A program made the translations under genes and the position numbers. DNA of 64,000 bases from Polyangiales bacterium (GTDB lineage: Bacteria > Myxococcota_A > Polyangia > Polyangiales > Polyangiaceae). The DNA lies in NCBI GenBank assembly GCA_038231275.1, contig JBBRLQ010000001.1, forward strand, positions 320,001 through 384,000. Reading direction: 5' to 3'. Positions 1-14,319 of this stretch are shown one piece after another. The notes beneath the pieces are model-generated. The model did not search any database, was not told where the DNA came from, and saw only the letters and a program-made list of their open reading frames with translations. How positions within the stretch are numbered: the stretch's first letter is position 1; each line of letters begins with the position of its first letter.

Positions 1-2
1 AA

Positions 3-701
3 TACACGGACGGCGCGGCGGCCGAGGCGTTCGGGTGGAATGTGCTCGACGACTGGAAGGGGCAGAACGCGGCCGCGACGCTGAAGCTCTTCGATCGCCT
101 GAAGGTCCCCACCGGTGGACTCAAGCGAAACGACGACGCGCTCTCGACGTACGACGATCAAGAGTGGGGCTTCATCGATCTTCGTGTGTCGAACGCGCTG
201 CGCCGCGGCGGACGGACCGCCGACGCCGACGCGCTCGTATCGCTCGTCGTGCAGCGCGCGGCGGCGAATTTTTATTTGATCCCCGAGCTCTACGACGCGC
301 TCGCGCAAGGCGCCGCGCTCGGCAACTACACGGGCGCGGTGCCGATGGTGGGCTTCGGCGCGGGCGCGTACGTGATGACGATGCTCGATCGCGCGGGCAA
401 GATCGAGCCGAACGACTGCGCCGACGGCAAGGGGCACACGCTGCCGCTCGTGACATGCAACGGGCCGGTCCCCGACGCCGGTGCGACCGACGCGGCGACC
501 GAGGGCGGCGTGATCGTTCCTCCGCTGCTCGACGCGGGAGGTGGCGGCATCGACGGCGGCGGCACCGGTGCGGCACCGACGCCAGCGGGCGGCGGATGCG
601 GATGCAACGTGCCCGGCGGTGGCGACCGCGGACCGATTGCGCTCGCCCTCGGAACGCTCGCGCTCGCGCTCGCCGTGTCACGCCGACGCACGCGCAGATA
701 G
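3..701 (+). CDS. 3' part of a secreted six-hairpin glycosidase-like (GH15-like) protein with MYXO-CTERM sorting tail (truncated by window start)
   Basis: Frame open from position 3 to TAG at 699-701. LIPELYD...GNYTGAVPM resembles a GH15-like C-terminus. Ends GCGCNVPGG + hydrophobic helix + RRRTRR. Confidence 0.6.
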   Translation, partial: YTDGAAAEAFGWNVLDDWKGQNAAATLKLFDRLKVPTGGLKRNDDALSTYDDQEWGFIDLRVSNALRRGGRTADADALVSLVVQRAAANFYLIPELYDALAQGAALGNYTGAVPMVGFGAGAYVMTMLDRAGKIEPNDCADGKGHTLPLVTCNGPVPDAGATDAATEGGVIVPPLLDAGGGGIDGGGTGAAPTPAGGGCGCNVPGGGDRGPIALALGTLALALAVSRRRTRR

Positions 702-743
702 CGGGAAATTCAAGCGCAAAGCTGCATTCTGGTACGCTCGCAC

Positions 744-2351
744 GTGATGGCCGTTGGCGGGAGCAACGATCCTCGGATCGGCACGGTCCTCAAGGACAAG
801 TGGAGGGTGGACGCGCGTCTCGGGCGCGGCGGCGTCGCCACCGTCTACGCCGCGACCCACCGCAACGGCGACCGCGTCGCCATCAAGGTCCTGAACCGCG
901 AGGTCGCGCGCAACCCCGACATTCGCGGCCGATTCTTGCGCGAAGGCTACGCCGCCAACGCCGTCGCGCACCCCGGCGTCGTGCGCGTCCTCGACGACGA
1001 CACCACTCCCGAGGGCCAACCCTTCCTCGTCATGGATCTGCTCACCGGTGAGCTCGTCGACGCGCGGCGCATCCGCAAGGGCGGGCGACTGCCGCTCATC
1101 GAAGTGCTGCGCATCGGCGATCAGGTCCTCGACGTGCTGGCGGCCGCGCACGAGAAGGGGATCATCCACCGCGACATCAAGCCGGAGAACATTTTCCTCT
1201 GCGAGTCGGGCGAGGTGAGGGTCCTCGACTTCGGGATCGCGCGGATGCGTCAGGCGGCGGCGCAGGAGCTGACGGCAACTGGGATGCTCCTCGGCACGCC
1301 GGAGTTCATGTCACCGGAGCAGGCGAACGGCATCCAGGGCGCGGTGGATTTCCAGACCGACATCTGGGCGACCGGCGCGACGCTCTTCACGCTTCTCTCC
1401 GGCGAGGCGGTCCACGAGGCGGCGACCACGACCGCGCAGCTGCTCGCGACGGTCACGCGGCCGGCGCGCTCGCTGGCGTCGGTGACCCATGATTTGCCGG
1501 GCGCGGTCGTCGACGTGGTCGACCAGGCGCTCGCCTACGACAAGCAGGCGCGGTGGCCGAACGCGCGGGCGATGCAGCGCGCGCTGTCCGAGGCGGGCCG
1601 CGGAATCCTCACGGGCGACTCGTCGTACGCGGCGGTGCTGCGGCGCCCGGTCGTGGATCTCTCGAACGTCCAGGGGCCGATCAGCGACGACAGCACCACC
1701 GCCGCGCGCATCATGCCGATCCCGTCGAGCGAGCCGCCCGTGCCGTCGTCGGAATCCTTCCCGACGCACCCGCGACCGATGAACCGGCGGCCCGTGGACG
1801 AAGACGCGATGACCGTCGCCGAATCGCGGCCTCCGGTCTCGCCGCCGACGCGAACGGACGTGGACCTCCGCGGCGTGCCTCGCCTCCAAGCCGACGCCGT
1901 CCCAGTCTCCGAGGACGCGCCGACCCGCGTGGTCGCCGCCTATGCTCCCGAGCCCGAGGCCCCGACGCGCGTGTCGCCGCGTCAGGCCGACATGATGAAG
2001 ACGCTCCAGTACCACCCGCCCGCGGCGCCTCGTGGGGACGGCCCACGCCGGCCAAACGCCCACGACGACGAACCGATACCGCAGAGCAAGACGAGCGTGA
2101 TGCTCTCGCCGCCGATGTCCGCGCCCGTGCAGCTAGGCCTCGCCGACACGACCCGCATGCCCGCGCCCGAGCCGGCGTCGATGGGGGGCTTCATCCTCAA
2201 GAAGCGGCAACCTGCGCAGAGCGAGGTCCCGACCGTGAAGGCGCGCGCTCCCCGGAGCAGCGCGTGGACGAAGATCGCGATCGGCGTGGGCGTCGGAGTC
2301 CTGGTCTTGTGGGTGCTCCTCGTCGTCGTGCTGCGCGCCCTCTTTCGTTAG
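744..2351 (+). CDS. Ser/Thr protein kinase (Hanks type) with Pro-rich linker and C-terminal TM helix
   Basis: LGRGGVATVY, VAIKVL, HRDIKPEN, DFGIA, GTPEFMSPE; C-terminal hydrophobic stretch. Confidence 0.95.
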   Translation: MMAVGGSNDPRIGTVLKDKWRVDARLGRGGVATVYAATHRNGDRVAIKVLNREVARNPDIRGRFLREGYAANAVAHPGVVRVLDDDTTPEGQPFLVMDLLTGELVDARRIRKGGRLPLIEVLRIGDQVLDVLAAAHEKGIIHRDIKPENIFLCESGEVRVLDFGIARMRQAAAQELTATGMLLGTPEFMSPEQANGIQGAVDFQTDIWATGATLFTLLSGEAVHEAATTTAQLLATVTRPARSLASVTHDLPGAVVDVVDQALAYDKQARWPNARAMQRALSEAGRGILTGDSSYAAVLRRPVVDLSNVQGPISDDSTTAARIMPIPSSEPPVPSSESFPTHPRPMNRRPVDEDAMTVAESRPPVSPPTRTDVDLRGVPRLQADAVPVSEDAPTRVVAAYAPEPEAPTRVSPRQADMMKTLQYHPPAAPRGDGPRRPNAHDDEPIPQSKTSVMLSPPMSAPVQLGLADTTRMPAPEPASMGGFILKKRQPAQSEVPTVKARAPRSSAWTKIAIGVGVGVLVLWVLLVVVLRALFR

Positions 2352-2430
2352 GCAAAGACCGGCATTTTTGCGGGTTTTTGCGCGTCATTTTGCTAGCGCG
2401 ACGCGTCATCGTGACGCATAGTTCCGCCCG

Positions 2431-6824
<4,394 letters not shown>

Positions 6825-6825
<1 letters not shown>

Positions 6826-8276
6826 TGGGCAACCCCCGAGGGTTCCTCGAGCACGCGCGCGAGACGGACGACGATCGAAAGATCGCCGAACGCGTGAAGG
6901 ACTGGCGGGAGGTCGGGCTCCCTGCCGAGCCCGCGCGCCTTCGCCAGCAAGCGTCGCGGTGCATGGATTGCGGGATCCCGTTCTGCCACAGCGGCTGTCC
7001 GCTCGGGAACCTCATCCCCGAGTGGAACGATCTGGTGAGCGCTGGCAATTTCGATCGCGCGGCCGAGCGCCTGCACGCGACCAACAATTTTCCGGAGATC
7101 ACCGGACGGGTGTGCCCGGCGCCGTGCGAGGCGGCGTGCGTGCTCAACCTCGAAGAGCAACCGGTCACGATCAAGGCCGTCGAGCACGCCATCGCCGATC
7201 ACATCCTGTCTCGGCCGCTCGAGCCGGTCCTCGCGGCGGCGCGGAGCGGAAAGCGCGTCGCCGTCGTCGGCTCGGGCCCCGCCGGCCTCGCGTGCGCGCA
7301 GGAGCTCGCGCGCGCGGGGCACGACGTGACGCTCTTCGAACGAGACGATCGCGTCGGCGGCCTCCTTCGCTACGGCATCCCGGACTTCAAGATGGAAAAG
7401 GAGATCCTGGACCGGCGCGTCGCGCAGATGGTGGCGGAGGGAGTCACGTTCGCCGTCGCCACGAGCCCGACGGCCGCCCAGCTCCGGGCGTTCGACGCGA
7501 CGGTGCTCGCGATGGGCGCGCGTGTGGCGCGTGATCTTCGAGTGCCCGGCCGTGAGCTGGACGGTGTCCACTTCGCGATGGATTTTCTCACGCAGCAGAA
7601 CCGGCGTGTCGCGGGCGACGTGGTCCCCGACGCAGGCGCGATCGTCGCGACCGGCAAACACGTGATCGTCATCGGCGGCGGCGACACCGGCTCGGACTGC
7701 GTCGGGACGTCCATCCGCCAGGGCGCGGCGAAGGTGCTTCAGCTCGAGTTGATGCCGAAGCCGAGCCTGGTCCGAATGCCGCAAAATCCGTGGCCCGAGT
7801 GGCCGCTCGTCTTGCGAACCTCGTCGTCGCAAGAAGAAGGCGCGGAGCGCGACTGGGCGGTGTCGACCACTGCGCTGCACGGGAAGGACGGACGGGTCAC
7901 GGAGCTGGAGGCGGCGCGCGTGCGGCTCGTGAACGGACGCGCCGAGCCGCTCGAAGGCGCCGCGCCAATCACGCTGACGTGCGAGCTCGTGCTCCTCGCG
8001 ATGGGGTTCACGGGACCGGAGAAGGCGGGGCTCGTCGACGAGCTCGGCGTCGCCCTCGACGCGCGAGGCAATGTAATCTCTGACGCGAGCGGCCGAACGA
8101 GCGTGCCCGCCGTCTTCGCCGCCGGCGACGCGTCGCGCGGTCAATCGCTCGTGGTGTGGGCGATCGCGGACGGCCGCCGCGTCGCGCGCGGCGTGGACGC
8201 GAACCTCCGCGCGGGCGCCCGCGGAATGCGGCTCGTTGGTCAGAACAGCGCGACCTTCGGGGAGACGCTCAGATAG
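6825..8276 (+). CDS. gltD: Glutamate synthase small subunit
   Basis: TGATG overlap with gltB; RCMDCGIPFCH, GRVCPAPCE, GSGPAG, GGGDTGSDC, RGQSLVVWAI. Confidence 0.97.
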
Positions 8277-9103
8277 CCGCCGTAGCGGTCGCCGCCAGAG
8301 AGCACTCCGACGAGCCCGGTCACCGAGAGATCGAGCCACGACGCCGCCGCCCAAACGAGGCCGGCGGTCGACGTCAGCTGGTTTTTTTCGGGGCTCACGA
8401 ACGTGACGCTGCTCACGTCGGCGGCGATCGAGAAGACTCCGGCTTCATCCAAGTCGACGCTCAGATCGACGCCGACGAGGAGCGCGGTCGGACGCTGGCG
8501 CGAGATCGCCGCGCCTGGCTCGACGAGGCCGCCGACGTTGAGCACGCCGTGCACGCGCTTGATCGAGCGCCCCAAGAGCCCGAGCGCCTGGAAGCCTGCG
8601 CCGCGCGCGCCAGGGGCGAGGGCGACGCGCGGTCCGAGCTGCACGCCCGCCGCCCACGCGTCCCCGTCGTCGTGATCGTCTCCTCGCGTGTCGAACAGCC
8701 CGACCTTCGACGACAGCCAGATGTTGTCCGGCGCGCGATGGTCGAGCGCGAAGAGGCGATCGGGCGTCCCCTCGATCGCCCACGCGCCGTCGATGCCCAG
8801 CTCGACGTTCGAGGTGAGCCCGACGTCGACGTCGAAGTCTGGCGCGAGCCAGCGCCCCGCCTGTTCTCCGCGCACGACCCCGAACGCCATATCAGCGTGG
8901 ACGACGCCCGGCTTCTCGAGCTCCAGATCGTCGGGATCGAAGCGACGCCGAACGATCTGCGCCGACGCGTCGCCCGCCGCCATGGCGAGCGCGAAGGCGA
9001 GCAGCACGAACGGAGCGCGGCGGGGTTGCGGCAGATCAACAGGGTACGCGTCTCGTCCGCTCGCGCGAGTTTCTCGCGGAATTCGTGCTAGATCTTCGGT
9101 CAT
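8240..9103 (-). CDS. Predicted outer-membrane beta-barrel protein (start uncertain, probably downstream of 9103)
   Basis: Signal-like FVLLAFALAMAAGDASA, alternating amphipathic strands, terminal Phe (VSPKVALF). Confidence 0.6.
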   Translation of the reverse strand: MTEDLARIPRETRASGRDAYPVDLPQPRRAPFVLLAFALAMAAGDASAQIVRRRFDPDDLELEKPGVVHADMAFGVVRGEQAGRWLAPDFDVDVGLTSNVELGIDGAWAIEGTPDRLFALDHRAPDNIWLSSKVGLFDTRGDDHDDGDAWAAGVQLGPRVALAPGARGAGFQALGLLGRSIKRVHGVLNVGGLVEPGAAISRQRPTALLVGVDLSVDLDEAGVFSIAADVSSVTFVSPEKNQLTSTAGLVWAAASWLDLSVTGLVGVLSGGDRYGGYLSVSPKVALF

Positions 9104-9593
9104 GGTCAGGTCCAAGGGCGCTCAGGTCCTCGCCGTCGTCGCTGCGGCGTTCGCGCTCGGCGCGTGCGCGAGGGAGACCGGGGAGCCGGTCAAGAAGGAC
9201 ACAGCGGCGCCAGTCGTGCAGAAGTCGAACCTCGCCTTGGGCGCGCCGATCCCGGCGGGAGCCCCCATGGTGTCACTCGCGGACGTCGCCAAGAACCCGG
9301 CCGCGTACGACGGCAAGAGCATCACCACGACCGGGACGGTCACAGCGGTCTGCCAGTCGATGGGCTGCTGGATGGAGATCAAAGACGACGCGAGCCAGGC
9401 GCACATCAAGATGGCGGGCCACGGCTTCTTCGTTCCCAAGACCGCGTCCGGCCACAAGGCCAAGGTGATGGCGACGCTCTCGAGCGGCGGCGACAGCTGC
9501 GCTGAGGACGACTGCAAGCCCGAAGGCGCCAAGGGTGGCGGCGCGAAGCTCGCGAAGCTTCAGCTCGTCGCCACCGGCGTCGAGCTCGACTGA
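9102..9593 (+). CDS. DUF4920-family lipoprotein
   Basis: Lipobox ALGAC; VTAVCQSMGCWM and FFVPK motifs typical of DUF4920. Confidence 0.8.
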   Translation: MVRSKGAQVLAVVAAAFALGACARETGEPVKKDTAAPVVQKSNLALGAPIPAGAPMVSLADVAKNPAAYDGKSITTTGTVTAVCQSMGCWMEIKDDASQAHIKMAGHGFFVPKTASGHKAKVMATLSSGGDSCAEDDCKPEGAKGGGAKLAKLQLVATGVELD

Positions 9594-9769
9594 CCGCGCG
9601 CCTCCTCTAGGCCTGGACCGAGCTCGCCGGCGTGCGGCGGTCTTGCAGACTGCAAACAGAACCGCCTCGCCTGGAGCCGCCTGCGCGGCGCCGAAATCCT
9701 CGTAACGTCGAAGGAGACGGCGCCAAGCGCGGGGGTACGCGAATTGCGAGGTGAGCCCGCGAGGGACCC

Positions 9770-10528
9770 ATGATCCGCCGAAGAATCGCGTCGATCGTCC
9801 TCGCGCTCGTGGTTGGATGCGACACGACCGCGAACGACGCCGCCGACGGGGGCGCCGCCGACGGCCCCGCGGGGGTCACGCACGGCGATGGCTCGGCCGA
9901 CGACGGATCTGGACCTGGAGAAGCTGGCCCAGAGGCCTCGTCGGGCGACGCAACCCTGCCCGACGCCGCGATCGTCGCCGACGCGGGCGACGCAGGCGAC
10001 GCGGGCGACGCGCGGGTGAACGACGCGGGCGCGGATGCGCGCGACACCGGCACGATCGTCGACGGGAGCGGCTTCTTCGACGCGTCGGGCGACGACGCGG
10101 GGACGTGCAACACCATCGCCAACCCGGCGCCGCAGGTCGCGCAGGTGGACGTCGCCACAGCGCGCCCCGCAGCCACCGGCGGCAACATCATCGACGGGAC
10201 GTATTACAAGTCGCAAGACGTCAACTACACCGGCGCCGGCGGCTCCGCGGGACTCACTGGGTACGTCGTGCGTGAGACGCTGCTCGTGACGAATGCCGCA
10301 ACGGGTACGGCGCTCCTCACGTCGGTATTCGCCGACAACAACGGCACCACCACCGAGCGCCTCACGATGTCGCCGACGACAGGCGGCGGCGCGACGATCC
10401 TAACGTTCGTGTGCCCCGCGTTTGGTCCGAGCCCGACGTCGTACAACGTTCGCGTGGGGGCCGCGGGCCAAGTGCAGCTCGACATCTACATCTCGACCGA
10501 CCGCATCGAGACCTTCACGCGCCAGTAA
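9770..10528 (+). CDS. Hypothetical lipoprotein with DAG/DGG-rich linker
   Basis: GAGGGA upstream; lipobox VVGC; low-complexity linker then globular domain (GGNIIDGTY). Confidence 0.75.
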   Translation: MIRRRIASIVLALVVGCDTTANDAADGGAADGPAGVTHGDGSADDGSGPGEAGPEASSGDATLPDAAIVADAGDAGDAGDARVNDAGADARDTGTIVDGSGFFDASGDDAGTCNTIANPAPQVAQVDVATARPAATGGNIIDGTYYKSQDVNYTGAGGSAGLTGYVVRETLLVTNAATGTALLTSVFADNNGTTTERLTMSPTTGGGATILTFVCPAFGPSPTSYNVRVGAAGQVQLDIYISTDRIETFTRQ

Positions 10529-10544
10529 GACGGGGAGCGCATCG

Positions 10545-11153
10545 TCAGAACTTCAGCGTGACGTTGGCCTGCGCGCCTTTTGGGGCGGCGGCGGGAGACG
10601 GTGCCGTCGAAGGCGTGATCGACGTGCTGCCGAGGAACGACATTCCAACGCCGATCCCTGCGGCCGCGGCGCCGCCGGCAAGCATCGGGATGGCGAGCGA
10701 GTACTTGTCGAACTGCTTGTCGCCTTGGCCGAACGTCGCCACGACGACGATGCCGCCGATGATCGAGACGACGCCGATCGCGATCAGGATCGTCCCCAGC
10801 GTCTTCACCGTCGCGTCGCCGGTCTTCACTTGGACGTTCATCGGCCAGCGGTCCACCGTGACGAGCTCGTGTCCCGAGGACTGCGTCGGGCCGAGCGTCT
10901 CGAACGTGTAGATGCCCGGGGTCAGCTTGAGCTCGAGCGGGGCGATGCCGACGCGCTCGAACGTATCGATCTCGGGGTGGCGCGGCACCGGCCCCTTCGC
11001 GACGTAGATCTCGGTGTCCGTGTGATCGCTCGTGATGGTGAGCTTGGTCCCTTGCGGGTCCTCGATCTTGGGAGGCTCCGCGCGTGCGACCGGTGCAACC
11101 CCCAGCGAGGCCAGCGCCGCGCCGAGGATCGCGACGCCTCGCGCCGGCGTCAC
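10545..11153 (-). CDS. Secreted/membrane protein with PEGA-like N-terminal domain and two C-terminal hydrophobic helices
   Basis: GTG overlaps the NUDIX stop (GTGA); signal ending ARA; GIAPLELKLTPGIY. Confidence 0.65.
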   Translation of the reverse strand: MTPARGVAILGAALASLGVAPVARAEPPKIEDPQGTKLTITSDHTDTEIYVAKGPVPRHPEIDTFERVGIAPLELKLTPGIYTFETLGPTQSSGHELVTVDRWPMNVQVKTGDATVKTLGTILIAIGVVSIIGGIVVVATFGQGDKQFDKYSLAIPMLAGGAAAAGIGVGMSFLGSTSITPSTAPSPAAAPKGAQANVTLKF

Positions 11154-11554
11154 GAGACGCCGAGCAGCTTGTTCATCGAGGCTTCGTCCGCGGGCGTGAA
11201 CGGGTACTGGTCGAACTCCGCGCTCGCGACCCATTTGTACGCCGTCACCGCGCGCGACTCGAGCTTGTCGCCGAGCAGGCGGCACTCGTAGAGGAAGAGA
11301 TCGACGACGTAGTGCTCGTACGGGTGGCTCACGAAGCTGATGAGCTTGCCGACCTCGATGTCAGCGCCGAGGCGATGCAGCACCTCGCGCTTCAGCGCCT
11401 GCACGTCGGTCTCGCCCGGCTCGACGCGACCGCCCGGGAACTCCCACATGAGCGGCAGCACCGCGGTCGCGCGGCGCTGGGTGATGAGGTACTTTCCCTC
11501 CTGCTCCAGCACGGCGGCGACGACGCGAATCGTGCGGGGCTGCGAGCTCATCAA
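11150..11554 (-). CDS. MutT-like NUDIX (d)NTP pyrophosphohydrolase
   Basis: VVAAVL, WEFPGGRVEPGETDVQALKREVLHRLG (Nudix box with the final EE replaced by HR), PADE. Confidence 0.85.
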   Translation of the reverse strand: MMSSQPRTIRVVAAVLEQEGKYLITQRRATAVLPLMWEFPGGRVEPGETDVQALKREVLHRLGADIEVGKLISFVSHPYEHYVVDLFLYECRLLGDKLESRAVTAYKWVASAEFDQYPFTPADEASMNKLLGVS

Positions 11555-11555
11555 C

Positions 11556-12683
11556 TCACATTGCCACGCGGAACAGCTGCTGTCCCATCAGGAGGACGTC
11601 GCCGGAGCGAACCTCGGTCTCCTCGTACAGGCGGATGAAGGTGCCGTTCGAGCTTCCGAGATCGGTCAGCATGAGCCGGCCGTTCTCCCACGCGAGGCGG
11701 CAGTGGAGGCCCGACACGTACCCGTCCTCGGGGAAGAGCACGTCGCCGCGCTCGCGACCGAGGTGGACGCCGGTCTCGGGGACCGGGAAGGCGTTGCCGG
11801 TGGTGTCGCGGCCCGTCACGAGCGCGATGCGGCCTACGTACCCCTTCGAGGGCGCGCCGAGGCGCTCGACGCCGTCGGGGGTGGCGGGCTGCGGAGTGAC
11901 CGGCTCGAAGCGCAGGATTTCCTGCCCGATGCGGAAGATGCAGTTGGGACGAACCTCCACCGCGGCGTCGCGCTGGAGCTTCTTGTAGACGCCGTTGAGC
12001 GACGCGTCGTCCTTCACCATGATCTTGCCGGGCCCCGCGGGGCGGAAGGTGGCGTGGCGCGGCGAGAGGTAGCTGTCGCCGGCGAAGATGCCGCCGGCGT
12101 CGCGACCGACGGTGACGTTGCCAGAGGGCAAGGTGTAGGTGCCGGCTTCGCTGCCGTCGGCGCGCAGCGCGGTGAGCGAGACGGTGCCGCTCGACGCGAC
12201 CGGGGCCTCGGCGACGGGCGCCGCCGGACGGGCGGAGACACCTCCGAGGCGAAATCCGCAGGAGCCACAAAAGAGGTTGGTCGGCCCGTTCACGTGTCCG
12301 CATTGCGGACAGAGAACGGTCGCCGATCCGGGAGGCGCGCCGCCGCCCGAGGGCGCGGGGCCGACGTTGGACTGCCGCTCGGGCGCCTGCGCGACGGCGG
12401 ACGGCGGCGGAGCCGGACGGTACGCGGAGCCAGGCGCGAGCCCCGCCGGCACCGCGGCAGTGGATGCGAGAGACGAGGGAATAAAGGCGGGCGGAGGCAC
12501 CGGCGCAGCGGCGGGCGGAGGCTGCTGCGCGACGACGGCGGGCGAGGCCGCCTTCATGCCGTGCGGCGGCGTCTGCGGCGAAAACGGCTTAGGCGCAGCG
12601 TCACGCGGGAGCTCGGCGCCGCATCCCAAACAGAACTTGTAATGGTCCTGGTTGTCCTTGGCGCACTTCGGACAAGTGATCAC
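11556..12683 (-). CDS. Zinc-ribbon + tandem FHA domain protein
   Basis: CPKC..FCLGCG and CPQC..FCGSCG ribbons; two FHA motifs (VGR..SPRH..SLNG and LGR..SGLH..SSNGT). Confidence 0.9.
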   Translation of the reverse strand: MITCPKCAKDNQDHYKFCLGCGAELPRDAAPKPFSPQTPPHGMKAASPAVVAQQPPPAAAPVPPPAFIPSSLASTAAVPAGLAPGSAYRPAPPPSAVAQAPERQSNVGPAPSGGGAPPGSATVLCPQCGHVNGPTNLFCGSCGFRLGGVSARPAAPVAEAPVASSGTVSLTALRADGSEAGTYTLPSGNVTVGRDAGGIFAGDSYLSPRHATFRPAGPGKIMVKDDASLNGVYKKLQRDAAVEVRPNCIFRIGQEILRFEPVTPQPATPDGVERLGAPSKGYVGRIALVTGRDTTGNAFPVPETGVHLGRERGDVLFPEDGYVSGLHCRLAWENGRLMLTDLGSSNGTFIRLYEETEVRSGDVLLMGQQLFRVAM

Positions 12684-12746
12684 TGTGCCTCCACAAAAAA
12701 GCGCGTGTCGCGAACCGCTTCGCCCCCAAACAGGCGCGATGCTTTG

Positions 12747-12774
12747 AGTATCAAGACCCTATCAGAGGGGTCAA
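12747..12774 (-). promoter_or_regulatory. Putative sigma70-type promoter of the FHA-NUDIX operon
   Basis: Minus strand TTGACC-N16-GATACT. Confidence 0.4.
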
Positions 12775-12871
12775 GCGAAGTGCGCTTCTAATGGTCCCGG
12801 CCCGGGGTTAGGCTCCGCCTTCCAAATCAGCGGCGCCCTCTCGAGGTGCGCCGCGCAAACGGAGTCCAGCC

Positions 12872-13447
12872 ATGCCCGACGCGACCTTTCCGCCCATCAA
12901 CGTCCCTGGCACCGGCCAGCTTTACGCCCGCTTCGTGACCTCCCTCGGGAGCATCATCGTGCGCCTCGAAGAGCAGCGCGCGCCCGACACCGTGAAGAAC
13001 TTCGTCGGCCTCGCGACCGGCACCCAGCCCTTCACCGACCCGCGCGACGGGCAGCTGAAGGAGGGCGTGCCGTACTACGACGGCACGGTCTTCCACCGCG
13101 TCATCCCGAGCTTCATGATCCAAGGCGGCGACCGCCTCGGACGCGGCACCGGCGGCCCCGGCTACCGCTTCAAGGACGAATTCCACCCCGAGCTCCGGCA
13201 CACCGGCCCCGGCGTGCTCTCGATGGCCAACTCCGGCCCAGGGACGAACGGGTCGCAGTTCTTCATCACCGAGAAGGCGACGCCGCACCTCGACAACCGC
13301 CACTCCGTCTTCGGCGTCGCGGTGGGCGGCGCCGACGTCATCGGCAAAATCACCGGCACGCCGCGCGACGGGCGCGACAAGCCGAACACCGACGTGGTCC
13401 TCCAGAAGGTGGAAATCTTCCGCAGCGACACGCCCCCCGCGGGCTGA
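12872..13447 (+). CDS. Cyclophilin-type peptidyl-prolyl cis-trans isomerase
   Basis: FHRVIPSFMIQGGD, LSMANSGPGTNGSQFFI, HLDNRHSVFG. Confidence 0.97.
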   Translation: MPDATFPPINVPGTGQLYARFVTSLGSIIVRLEEQRAPDTVKNFVGLATGTQPFTDPRDGQLKEGVPYYDGTVFHRVIPSFMIQGGDRLGRGTGGPGYRFKDEFHPELRHTGPGVLSMANSGPGTNGSQFFITEKATPHLDNRHSVFGVAVGGADVIGKITGTPRDGRDKPNTDVVLQKVEIFRSDTPPAG

Positions 13448-13461
13448 CATTCACTGCGAGC

Positions 13462-14319
13462 TCACTGCAAGACGTTGTGCACGCCGGCGATCGGCCCGGA
13501 GGCGGGCGGCGCCGGCGGCGTCTTTTCGGCAACGTATTTTCCGACGCGCTTCTCGCGGAGGGCCGAGAGGCGCGCGAGCAGGAGGGCTCGCGTCTCCGGC
13601 GTGAGCGCGCGCGCGCGGGATACGGTGGTGATCGCGACGTCGGCGTCGTGGATCTCGCCCAGGCGCTTTTGGAAGCGCGCCGCTCGTTCGGCGAGGCCTG
13701 CGACCTCTTCGGGGAGCGCGCCGGCGAGGAGCTCGGCGGCGTAGCGCAGCTCCTTGTACGCGATGCGAAGATCGTGGAGACCGACGGCGTCGTCGGTGGG
13801 GACGTCGCTCAGCTTCTCGACCTGGCGGCGCGCGCTCTCGACGCAGCGGCGCGCGTATTTTCCAAGGTTTCTGTCTCGTTTTGGCAAGGCGGGCAGCGTC
13901 ACGAGTGCGCGGAGCAGGAGGCGCGCCTTCGCGAGCTCACCGCCCGAGACGCGCGCGACCGTCGCGCGGCGCAAGCGCCGCTCGCGCGCCGACCGAAGAG
14001 CGCGCCACGCGACGAACGAAGGCTCTTCCACGGCGACCGCGTCCAGCGTTTCGTCGAGCACCTCCTCGTCGCGGAGCTCGCCGGTCGCGCGAAACACCTC
14101 GGTGTACGCGAGGCGCACGGCGTCGGCGTGGAACCGCCCGTAGACCGGACGCGCCAATCGCAAGAGCGTGCGCAGGCGGCGTATCGCGACGCGCAAATCG
14201 TGGATCGCCTCTTCGTCGGCGTCCTTCACGACGCGCGGGATCGCCCTGCCCACCGCGACGTCGAGGCGCCGAAGCATCGGCGCGAGGAACGGCGAGATGC
14301 GGCGCGCGGGCGGCTTCAC
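13462..14319 (-). CDS. CHAD-domain (polyphosphate-binding) protein
   Basis: IHDLRVAIRRLR, LHDLRIAYKELRYAAE, LGEIHDADV; GTGA overlap with rnj. Confidence 0.9.
   Translation of the reverse strand: MKPPARRISPFLAPMLRRLDVAVGRAIPRVVKDADEEAIHDLRVAIRRLRTLLRLARPVYGRFHADAVRLAYTEVFRATGELRDEEVLDETLDAVAVEEPSFVAWRALRSARERRLRRATVARVSGGELAKARLLLRALVTLPALPKRDRNLGKYARRCVESARRQVEKLSDVPTDDAVGLHDLRIAYKELRYAAELLAGALPEEVAGLAERAARFQKRLGEIHDADVAITTVSRARALTPETRALLLARLSALREKRVGKYVAEKTPPAPPASGPIAGVHNVLQ

Noticed and set aside
8240-8276. 37-nt convergent overlap of gltD and the barrel gene
   Set aside because: Short 3' overlaps are common in GC-rich genomes.
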